From Phoronis australis (Eukaryota > Animalia > Phoronida): a stretch of 64,000 nt of DNA. The stretch spans positions 62,001-126,000 of the forward strand of contig NMRA01000330.1 in NCBI GenBank assembly GCA_002633005.1. Reading direction: 5' to 3'. Positions 1 through 10,982 of the stretch are shown here, piece by piece. The position numbers were made by a program, and so were the translations under genes. The notes beneath the pieces were generated by a model, which made no database searches, was not told the origin of the DNA, and worked only from the letters and a program-made list of their open reading frames with translations. Numbering within the stretch: position 1 is the first letter of the stretch; every line of letters starts with the position of its first letter.

Positions 1-3000
1 CTCAAAAATGTACACACTTCAACGTCTGGAGTTCAAATTCAGTTCCCGTGGGTATCTGAGATTCTGCGCAGGCCTACCCCATGCAGGTTACACCTTATTT
101 TTAACGTAGATGTGCCAGTCATGACGTGCTCCGTGCATGCGCGCACCCGTAGAAGGGGGGCTCGGGGGGCCCGAACGAGCCCTCCCTCCAATTTGGTAAA
201 ATGCCTTGGGCAAAAAGGACCGCCTCAAAGAAACAAAAAGTCCAAGAAAAAAGAGACAGAAATCCACAAAGGCAGGAATTCGGCACATGCACAATTCATA
301 GCCCTGAACAAGTCCCGTATTTCGTTTTTTTCTTTACTAAAAGGTCTACAACATCAAAAATTCGAGCTTCCCTATGTTTTAGGCTGGGTGCGTGCGTGCC
401 GTGTGTGTAGTATGCACGGGGATTGCCAGCAAACGATTAAAAAATTCATTGCGCAATACTATTAGAAACAAAACATCAAGGAAGTGCAGAGAGAACCTTT
501 CCAATTTGATGACCAATGACTTAGATTTTATTTGTTTAAGTACTTAAACTTCATTTTCGATCTGCGGTTTGTAAACTTGAACCCAGTAATCTAGTTCCTA
601 AGCCAAGAAACAATTTACTGTCATTCGAAGTGTGAAAACATTTTGGGACACTTTGTAGAGCTGTCCGAAATTCATCAATTTCCTTGAGATTTATTTCAGA
701 TTGACAAAAATCATGTTGTGTACTTTTATATTTTGGGGATCTGATGATTGATCGAAATTTCCCTATGTCGGCCTGCAACTACCGGTAAGTTCATTGAAGC
801 ATTGTCATTTCTTACAAGATTAGCTACTTATTGTAAAAAATCATCTCTTATTCAGTCCATTTTCATGATACACAAGCATGTAAATCAGAAACCAACAATC
901 AAATCCAGGAACAATGCGTTTACCTTGATTAAAGGACTTAATTACTTTTTGATCCCCTGTCGGTGAGTTTAAAAAACAAGTTTTGTACCGAATTCAAAAA
1001 AGCAATGCATTTATTGTCATTTGAATAGTGAGTAAATTTTTTGGAAGTGTCCAAATTTCATCAATGTCTTCAGTTGAGAATTATTTTAGATAGGTAAGAA
1101 GCGTCCAAGTTCAGTTTACTATTTGGGGATCGGATTATACTAGAGTTTTTCCATATTCAGGATTCAACTTAATTCCCTGTAATCATTTCTTAAAAGACTA
1201 GCTTGTAATTGCCAAAAATCATCAATAACCTGTCAGTTTTCGTAGATACATAAACATGTAAACCAGAAACTAACGAATTCGTTGATCAAAACGGAAAGTT
1301 ATAAACATCGCAGATTTTTGACGGGTAACCGGGGGAAAATGGGAGATTGGGTATTTTTGGCTCATTTCCAAGGTACCTATAACGGTTCACTAGTTGAACT
1401 TGACCTCAGAAAAACCTAAAATATTTGTTTATCATTGCGAGTATTTGAGTACACTCGTTCGACATGTACACGGTCACCCAATTGTAGCCTCGACAACAGT
1501 GTTTTCCACATGTTGGAATTCTTTACCAACAACTCATAGTGACCATTTTCGAAAGGGATACTATTCTTGTGATACCATGGGAAACAGTAACATTATTTTG
1601 TAACTAACCATTGAAAATTGCCCTTTTGTGTAGTTAACAAATAGCGGTCTTCAAGTTCTTCAAAATTCCACCCTTTCGATTTTGGTCAACTCTCTTGTTT
1701 TTTTTTCACATTTTTTGGTTGTTTGGGTCGAATGTCTTGATACTACTGTGCTGTGCACGAATGTTTTGTATTTTTTAATGGAATCTCAAGCTCCCTCGTG
1801 AAAACTAGGAAGTGTCGTATCTACATGTATACAGGGACAAAGAGACATTTTTCCGAACTGCTCCACCGAGAGAGGGTCCCGTCTGAAATAGGACACCTTA
1901 ATTATGAAAGGCTAAACAGAAAAGAGTGACAGTTTATTCCACCGCCGTGTGGTCACAAGACGGTGCAGGCAGTGACCTTCCTCAACATGAAAGTCGGTTG
2001 CACGATTTCACAATAAAACAGGAAACTAGACGTTATCGAGTCCAACTTTGGGCCCTCTCTCCATGAGTCGACCCTAAAACATGAAAAGGTTGTCACTTGA
2101 ATGTCATCAATGGCCTTCTTCAAAAGTGGGGCCCTCAATATGAAAATATCTATATTTTGAAAAATCAAGAAATGTGCAGCAATCGATGATATCTGTCAGA
2201 TCATCAATTTTTCTCAAGTGATATACAATTCTAGAAAAAATCGACTGTTGTCTCGAGTCCATTATCCCTTGCCAGAGACTGGGGCGTCTAGAAAAATGTG
2301 ATTTTGCAGTCGCAACATTGACTTATTGAATTTGAAAATTCAGTAGATTAATACGTTTCGCAAAAGCTTCGTTTTACAATTTTTTCGATTTTTCGAAATA
2401 TATGCATTAATCATTACGTGCACGTTTTAAGTTCGTTTAGACAACCTGTGCTGCGAAACCATGACTTCAAGATTACCGTGAGTGTTTGAACTTCCAGTGT
2501 TGCTTTCATGTCCACCGGCAGGTGTCTCTCTTAAACCTCAAGGCAGCGAAGCACGTCACACAGGTTTTCAAGTTATTCTTTTGTGCTATATTTGAACGCA
2601 GTGGGTTGCAGCAAGCTTATCGTATTCGTGAGATAAAGACAGGGAAGTTGTAAGAGGGATATGACTTGTTGGCTGTGTCGGTAAAGAGTGAAATTGTGAT
2701 GATTTGGTAGGTGATCGGATCGTCTGCTCGTCATGCCATTGGCACCATGTCCATAGATTAATCTATGACTATGCACTGCACTGGTGGGATATAGCGGTCC
2801 CTGTTTCTAAGGACCAGGCAATCACTGAGTAACAAACCCGTTATTCAGTGGATGAAACTGGTTCTCAACTCAAGGACCGCTACATCCGACCAGTGCTGGC
2901 ACTAACACTGTTGTTCCTTTCAACAGCGCCGATCTAGGATATCATAACTTCATAAGGACATAAGGGGGGTAACTTTTTGTCTCGCATGCCTTGAATAATA

Positions 3001-4189
3001 CGCTTACACGAAAGTCACGCATTTCTAAAGATATGCGTGACTTTACCGCTCGTTGTTCTGAGCTGCTTTTACCAGGATCAAAACCGCGCTCTCTTTGACA
3101 AAGAGAACGCGGCGCCAGAGTCTGATCAGTTGGGATAACTGCATTGTCCGGTGCGAGCAAGACCCAATTAAGTGTAATTACCCAACCACCATAAACTGTA
3201 CTAAGCATTTCTGTCTGAACAAAACGAGTGCATTTTCAAAATGCATTAACCAACAGTTTTCGTTAAAAACAAATACCATAGCGGTAATCAGATGGAAAAA
3301 ACAACCAAGTTTGGTTTTCGATTTTTATTTTAAGTTAAAAACTACGAACATTGGGGTACGATCAAAGATAAACGACTGTGTGTATTGATATACTCGGTGG
3401 AGTTACAAACGCCGATCAGAGTTAACAATATCATATGGATTATTCTTCTAAAAACTAAACAACTCACAGTGTCTAAATTGATGTCAATAACTTTTAAAAC
3501 ATTGCTAAATTAATGGCCCAGCACATGCCGAACTACTTTACTCGAGGAATAGTACACTAACTGGAAAACTGCCTCCCGTTCACTAACGCTAGGACCTCGC
3601 TAAAAAGCAAGACTGTGCGAGATTACGTAAGATGCATTCAAGGTTTGTTATTTTCTTTAAATTCCAGAAAATATTTATTTAAAATAAGCTAGGTTTTTCT
3701 TAGGGGAAGTTCAAGTGCTACTAGGAAGTAATGTTCTTGAAAGTTACTATCTATCCAAACATCAGGACTACTGGTGATCGACACACTTAAAGTCGACTAG
3801 AGCTGCTATCAAGATTGTGTCATAATTTACGTGCAAAGTTGGCCGACTGTATCTGTGAATCTTCACTAGCCACTCTTAGTCCTGTATGAAATTGATGAAA
3901 GGACATTATTTTGTTGGTTATTTGTGTAGCAAGAGACACAGCAGTGTGCAACTGTTTATGTAAAAATTCACTGTAAACAGAAAACTTCCTGAAGACTTAA
4001 CAGTAAGTCTCCTGCATAGATTTTGAGAAAGGCCTGTAGCAATTAGTGATTACTTTTATGGTCTTTTCACTATCCCAAAATACTTTCCCTGCGTACAGAA
4101 GCCCTTTGGAATGGGCACTGTTTCTGAATGGAGCCTAGCTGCCACTGACACTATCCTAGTTCACTAAGCTGTTGAGGTGACAAGCTAGC

Positions 4190-4420
4190 GTGTCAAAAGC
4201 GCCACGTTTGGCACGCCACGTTCGACACGCTATCGCCAGGTTTTACACGCTTATTGCCACGTTTGACACACTAAGCGTGTCAAGCGTGGAGTATTGGAAC
4301 AAGAATTACACGTTTTTGACACGTTTGACACGCCATGTTTTACACATTCGACACGCTTTTAGGGCGTTCCAATACTCCACGTTTTTAGAGCGTGTCAAAC
4401 GTGTAAAATTCTCACCCGGG
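4190..4420. mobile_element. Foldback/MITE-like fragment with ACACGTTT subrepeats
   Basis: Repeated CACGTTTGACACGC motifs in both orientations; internal IR GTGGAGTATTGGAAC/GTTCCAATACTCCAC. Confidence 0.5.
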
Positions 4421-4429
4421 TATGCTCGA

Positions 4430-4938
4430 TCAGAAGTATTCTATAGGATCTTGTAGAATATTCTATAGACTATCCTTCTGGATCCTATAGAATTTTCTTT
4501 TGGAATTGCTTTACATTCCAAATTGTGCTTTCTACACAATACGTAAAACAATGTACGTCATGGACAATATTAAGTCTAATTTTTAAGGGAAGTTATTTCT
4601 GGCAATGAAATGAGTACAACTTGCGTATGATTTAATATAGGAAATACCAAAATGACGAGGCAATTAACAAATTAAGACTCGCCTGAACATTAAAATTTAA
4701 AAAAATTAATGACTCAGAAGAGTTGAAAGTAGATAAAAACAAACCGATATCTTTATACTATATACTCTTAAACTATTTGTTTGTTAAAATGATTAGAAAT
4801 CGGATTTCTGAAAAATTTCCTGTAGGATTTTTTCTATAGGAATTCCTATAGGAAATCTTGATCCTACAGGAGTCCTATAAGAAATCGGTATCCCTATAGG
4901 AGTTTCTATAAGATCTTATAGAAATATTTTTGCATGGG
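4430..4938 (+). mobile_element. Non-autonomous element with TCCTATAGGA palindromic subrepeats (copy 1)
   Basis: Core 4670-4870 is the reverse complement of 47420-47630; many CCTATAGG motifs. Confidence 0.7.
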
Positions 4939-5313
4939 CTATTCAAATTCAGGTCACTAATTGGGTAAGTTACCCAGCTTCAGGTAACTTACCTAATGTA
5001 GGCTAGTGAATGTTACCTGTATGTTACCTAAAGCTAACTTCAAAGTTACCCACGTAGGGTTTGGGGGCTGTGCATTCATTGAATAACGAACATATACATT
5101 TTCAATTTTTGTCACAGGAATGAAAGGTTTGAGACATCTGTAGTGGGTGTGTCTAAACAGGCCTATAATTCGAGTTTTAGGCACTGAACTAGGAAGAAAT
5201 GTTTTTGTCTTTCTGTATTTAACATCTAGTGAAAACTAATTTCTATTTTCAGACATCTTCAGAGATGGGGTTATGTGACTTCCCCAGGTAGCTGTTGTAT
5301 AAGAACCTCCTAC

Positions 5314-5580
5314 ATGGCACGAATGAAACAGATACTCGTCAAGTTATTGTCGAAATTTCTCTTAGAAAAAGAAAGCCGAGTAGTAGTGACGTTCTGCTCC
5401 TCATTTCTGATTGGTGTATTAGCAGCCATCACTCTGTTCTTGCACAATTCATTGAAACCAAACACACAGATGAGTGATCTATCACGTCTGAAAGAATCGC
5501 CTGAGAAGTACTATCGTCAGTTATTGAAGTCACATAATGTATTTAATGCTACAGGAACTCAGCTGGATACTTATGAGAGT
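5314..5580 (+). CDS. C1GALT1/Cosmc-like GT31 paralogue, coding exon 1 (type II membrane anchor and stem)
   Basis: Acceptor ttttcag at 5252, ATG 5314 (MARMKQ...), hydrophobic segment VVVTFCSSFLIGVLAAITLFL. Ends ...DTYES|GTAAGT (phase 0), matching the phase-0 acceptor at 7525. Confidence 0.75.
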
Positions 5581-6476
5581 GTAAGTCATGGTTTGACTGA
5601 TACTTATGAGAGTGTAAGTCATGGTTTGACTGATACTTATGAGAGTGTAAGTCATGGTTTGACTGATACTTATGAGAGTGTAAGTCATGGTTTGACTGAT
5701 ACTTATGAGAGTGTAAGTCATGGTTTGACTGATACTTATGAGAGTGTAAGTCATGGTTTGACTGATACTTATGAGAGTGTAAGTCATGGTTTGACTGATA
5801 CTTATGAGAGTGTAAGTCATGGTTTGACTGATACTTATGAGAGTGTAAGTCATGGTTTGACTGATACTTATGAGAGTGTAAGTCATGGTTTGACTGATAC
5901 TTATGAGAGTGTAAGTCATGGTTTGACTGATACTTATGAGAGTGTAAGTCATGGTTTGACTGATACTTATGAGAGTGTAAGTCATGGTTTGACTGATACT
6001 TATGAGAGTGTAAGTCATGGTTTGACTGATACTTATGAGAGTGTAAGTCATGGTTTGACTGATACTTATGAGAGTGTAAGTCATGGTTTGACTGATACTT
6101 ATGAGAGTGTAAGTCATGGTTTGACTGATACTTATGAGAGTGTAAGTCATGGTTTGACTGATACTTATGAGAGTGTAAGTCATGGTTTGACTGATACTTA
6201 TGAGAGTGTAAGTCATGGTTTGACTGATACTTATGAGAGTGTAAGTCATGGTTTGACTGATACTTATGAGAGTGTAAGTCATGGTTTGACTGATACTTAT
6301 GAGAGTGTAAGTCATGGTTTGACTGATACTTATGAGAGTGTAAGTCATGGTTTGACTGATACTTATGAGAGTGTAAGTCATGGTTTGACTGATACTTATG
6401 AGAGTGTAAGTCATGGTTTGACTGATACTTATGAGAGTGTAAGTCATGGTTTGACTGATACTTATGAGAGTGTAAG
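5566..6476 (+). repeat. Perfect 33-bp minisatellite spanning an exon/intron junction (27.6 copies)
   Basis: Unit GATACTTATGAGAGT|GTAAGTCATGGTTTGACT, no variant seen. Ends at an N (6477). Confidence 0.97.
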
Positions 6477-6499
6477 NTCTCTCTCACACATTGTCAATT

Positions 6500-6870
6500 G
6501 TGTTTAATTAAATTGCCTCAGGCTGCTGATGTTATTGTTCTCTAGATAATGAGACCCATCATAAACACATCGGGCTGACGACACCAGTATTTTTAAATTT
6601 TCATTTAAAAGTTTGTAAATAGTATATTTGAATAATTTGTGAAAAGCACACGTGATTTAAGGTTTTTGAATTCTTCTGAAAATTGGACAAGACATGTGAC
6701 TTATACCACCTAAAACGTTTCTTTAATGTTGCTACATGTATGTTATGTTCCCCATTAATTCTGCTGGATGCGCAACATAATTTGGCCAATTACCAAACCA
6801 CCAGGCAACAGTTGGATTTTGAGGTAAACCATAATCGTCGTCGTACAATTCTTGGCATGTCTACTTGGTG
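6500..6870 (+). repeat. Interspersed repeat family R1, copy 1 (others at ~9090-9535, ~39395-39815 and, inverted, ~54530-54630)
   Basis: Shared blocks TTGCCTCAGGCTGCTGATG..CTCTAGATAATGAGACCCATC and CACCAGGCAGCAGTTGGATTTTGAGGTAA. Confidence 0.8.
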
Positions 6871-7524
6871 ACAATCTATGGCCACACGACCAGCTGGTAT
6901 GGTCTAGAGTATTTTATACATTTACATTTAAAAATGTAAATGTTCTTTACTTGGATAAAATGGACAGCAATTCTTGTGTTATTTAATGAAAAAACAGTTG
7001 CTAATTGTATTGTTTCTAAAATTTTTAGTTGCTGAGAATTTTGTTACTAACAAGAAAAAGTTTATTGTGGTTATATGATTGGCTTAGTATGGCTGTTGTA
7101 CTGTTCAAACCATGGTTTGAAAAGGTCATTTTGACCTACTAGATAAATAATTTTACAGAAATTAGGAATAACATGGAATTGAACGACTCAGTATTTGAGC
7201 ACGATGTGGCCCTTTTCACTTTCCAGTGGGACATGAGAGAAGTTTGTACAAGAAATTAGCGTGTTGGTAGCACCCTGGCTCTGGTTAAGTTCATATGTCA
7301 CACTCATGTCTGTAGAACTAAGAAACTTTTGCTTTGATTTCTTCTTTTTTCTCATTTTGGGGACATTGGAATAATGATGTCGTTACATGACAAAGCAACT
7401 AAGGTAAATGGTGTTTTTTGAAACCACAATTTACCCACCACTAAGTGCTTAAAGTCCCTTAAAGTCATAAGTGAAAAGGAAGTGTTTAATGGTAATACAG
7501 TGTATACTATTTGTATCTAAACAG

Positions 7525-8184
7525 GTCGTGGAAGAAGACCAGTTCCTGAAGGCCAAGGTGAAGGTCCTTTGTTGGACTAAGACTGACCAGCGGTCTGTAA
7601 CCACCCTTTACATCACATGGGGAAAGCGATGCAATGAATTTGTGTCTTTTGTCACATCTGCAGACAGTTCACGTACAGTACCAAGTATCACTACCGTACA
7701 GTTATCTGTGTCCAGTTTGGATGGCTGGCGAGGTACCCAGCATGTGTTCAGATATTTGCGACTACATTACGGCATATACGATTGGTTCTTATTTGCTGAT
7801 GAAGACACGTTTGTCATTGTGGAAAACCTGCGCTATTACGCCACCATGTTCAACGCTAGTCAGCCATTTTATCTGGGTCACACCTACATGAGCATGCTGG
7901 GTCTCCAGTACCAGACTGAAGAGGGCGCATATGTTCTGAGTCATGGCGCACTCAATGCTGTTGTTACAAATCTGCAAAAATCAATATGCTCGAGTTGGAT
8001 TTCCAACTCTGAAAGCACTATGCTTGCTCAATGTCTGCTTCAGAGTGGAATCACTCCTCTCGACACAAGAGATCACCTCGACCGTGAGAGGTTCCTAGTC
8101 TATACCCCCACAGACCATCTAATACCAGGAAAGATAATGTTGGGTGACCCTTATAGTCTCTTCAGTGTGCACACTACAAAGCAG
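7525..8184 (+). CDS. C1GALT1/Cosmc-like GT31 paralogue, coding exon 2 (GT31/Fringe-like fold)
   Basis: aacag|GTCGTG...AAGCAG|gtatgg, 660 nt. Motifs VLCW, [34 protein letters not shown], YVLS and DTRD..RERF are collinear with the downstream C1GALT1 exon 2. No terminal exon identified with confidence. Confidence 0.85.
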
Positions 8185-8658
8185 GTATGGATGTATAAGT
8201 TTTGTGTAGTAGTCCGGTAACACATGTTGTTTACAAGTTACTTGTACTTATCAATTCACTATTTCATTATGAAATTCGCTCATTGAGTCCACCTTGTTTG
8301 GTTGAATAGCACAACAACAAGTTGGGGGGGGGGGTGCAGTTTATCTCTTACTTTACTTTCTTACACTAGTATCGCATATTTCCTCAGTGGTACTGTCCTC
8401 TGTCTTGCATTTCTACGTAAGCTAACACTAGCGAGTTGAGTGGAGCCGGTGTTCTTAGGGTAAAGTTTTCACACTAATTAGTCTTTCTTTATTGTAGACT
8501 AATGGCAAAGCTGTTTTTGTATTTTTATAAGACGCAACTTTTTTGTTTTAGGTGGCCTCAGGGTCCAGTGGTTTTCTTAAGTTTTCCAAGGTGTCCTGTT
8601 TCACCATGTGCTTTGTAAAATTGTTTATTGCATGTTTCTTTTTCACTCAAAAGTTTTA

Positions 8659-8782
8659 TCTCTCTTTCTCTCTCTCCCTCTCTTCCTCCCCCTCTTCCCC
8701 TTCTCCCCCTGCCCCTCCACCTCCCCCTCCGCCTCCCCCTCGCCCCCTCTCCCTCGCTCTCTCGCTCTCTCTTCCTCTCCCA
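8659..8782. repeat. Polypyrimidine (CT/CCCCT) low-complexity tract
   Basis: About 120 bp of almost only C/T. Confidence 0.9.
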
Positions 8783-9089
8783 CGCATTGTCAACCATGGT
8801 GATTTTCTGTTCCAGCGAATGAGAGAAACATCTGTTGCTTCATTCAACAGTTCATCAATGACTGTGACAATGTGTGAGACGGACTGCATGGTTACAATCA
8901 CACACTTCTTTACTAAATCTTTGAATGATCAGAACTGAGAGTTTGTCAGATTAATTAGTGTTTGTTCCAAACTCTTCCCAGTGGTTTTTCAGGAACAAAA
9001 TCGAGTGACTTGTACCAACTAGCGGAAGTCTCGCTCATTTCTTACTTTGTGTTTTAAATCTGACGTACAGTGCATGAAAAGAATCCTAT

Positions 9090-9535
9090 GTTGACTCCCT
9101 AACTAGTTGAGATTGGACAACTCGACTGGTTTGCGCAACTCAGAATCTGCAGGTTTAGATCAAAGACACTGTGCTGTTGTGGTTAATTAAGTTGCCTCAG
9201 GCTGCTGATGTTATCATTCTCTAGATAATGAGACCCATCATAAACACATTAGAGGGAACAAAATTGTATTTTTGAATTTTCATTTTGAAAGTTTGTAAAT
9301 AGTATGTTTGAATAGTTCGTGAAACGCACACGTGATTAGGTTTTTGAATTTTGAAAATTTGATAAGACTAAAATGTGACTTTTACAACCTAAAATATTGG
9401 TTTAATGTTGCAATACTATGTTCCTCATTAATTCTATTGGGTGTGCTACGTAGTTGGGCCAAATTACCAAATCACCAGGCAGCAGTTGGATTTTGAGGTA
9501 AGCCAAGTGTCATCATACAATTCTTGGCATGTGAC
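9090..9535 (+). repeat. Interspersed repeat family R1, copy 2
   Basis: Collinear with 6500-6870 and 39395-39815. Confidence 0.8.
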
Positions 9536-10732
9536 AATTAAGAGGTGAACTTCGTGTTACTTTGTGGACAGAAATGCTCCTGTCATATTGTTCTTTGGGG
9601 CTAAGTTAAAAGCTGGGTGCATATATTATGTCACTGCTGAGTCAGTGTAAAACTGTTATGTGCTTTATACACTATACCTATGATTTAAAAGTTTTAATGT
9701 ATTAGTTTAGCGACTCAACTCCCTCTTTTCATGATTTCGAACATTCACATATAAAAGGATACTATACCCTGCCTTTAACCAATCGTTTCGTCACCTGTTA
9801 ATGCATCATTGGTGTCAGTCTTCCAAGTTAAAGACAGGAATCAACTGTAAACTCATACTCCATATGTCACGAATTGGATATTACGGTCCTTGGTGGGTGG
9901 TCTTTTCTGACCCACAATTGCTGTGTTACTCGCTTAAGCCAAAGGTCAGGCTTGTCCGTTGAGCAGACTTTGAAGCACCCTCCAATCTTTTGATGGTTTT
10001 CATGGATTATGAAGCATTATTTTGTTTCAGAGAACTGGATGGGAAAGTTGTTTGTAGTATCTTTTAATTGGCCAAAACTGGGTTTGGTATCCTTTTAATT
10101 TGGACGCAGTTTTTGGATGTGTGAGATTTATTGGGTATCTGTGTTCAGTTTCATGTTGGTTACGGTTTCATTTTTGGTTTCAACTTAAAAGATATAATGT
10201 GGTGAAGTCTCACCAATTGATGAAATAATATGGCAGACAAAAGAAGTTATCTTTTCTTATTGAAAGATCTGTACAGCACTAATAATGACTTTCCATGTAA
10301 CACAGCTACCAGCAGACCATATTTTGAACATTTTGGGTATTCACAACAAGTTTAGATGTCCATTAAAAATGGCGATTTTCTCAATTATTTGTTATCAAAA
10401 TAAATGAGATTTCACCACACGTGGTTAAAACTAGGACCAAATGTGTTTATTGGGTCGTACCAGGTCACTGAGCTGTCGCAATTGACGTTCTCGTTACTCG
10501 ATAGGTGGCGATACATTCGTCATTCTATAGGTGGCGCTGATGTTAACAGTTCTACCGTAGACTGATTTAGTCGCTTCCACTGAGATAAGGCCGCTTCCAT
10601 AGGATCAACTACCTAAGCTATTTGATTGGTTCTCGGTGAAGACTTCCGCATTATAGACAAATCGAATGTCTTAACCACTGGAGGTATCGTAACCAACAAA
10701 GTCAATCAAGTGCAGCCATTTACGGGCAGGAA

Positions 10733-10982
10733 ATGTCGCCCTCGGGAGGGTTCGCGCGTTCTGTTATTCCCACGTTCGGAGTGGGCTTATTTTTTGGTTT
10801 TGCAATGACGTATTTAGTTATATACTCGTCCAATGTGATAAGCATCGTGCCCCACCAAGTTAAAGTCGTCGAGTCGTCTGGTTTTATACCCAGCGAACCA
10901 CACAGTCATGGCGAATTGGATTCGTTGCGGGGTCCCGAGCAAGCAGTCAGCTGGCACGATTTCCACGACGAACATCATTTAG
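10733..10982 (+). CDS. C1GALT1: Core 1 beta-1,3-galactosyltransferase (T-synthase), coding exon 1
   Basis: ATG 10733, TM segment FGVGLFFGFAMTYLVIY, stem with EPHSHGE. Ends HHL-G|gtaaat (phase 1). Confidence 0.88.

Noticed and set aside
5530-6487. 305-aa and 312-aa minus-strand ORFs
   Set aside because: Merely stop-free frames of the 33-bp repeat.
8552-8938. Pro-rich and Gly/Arg-rich ORFs
   Set aside because: They arise from the CT-rich low-complexity tract.
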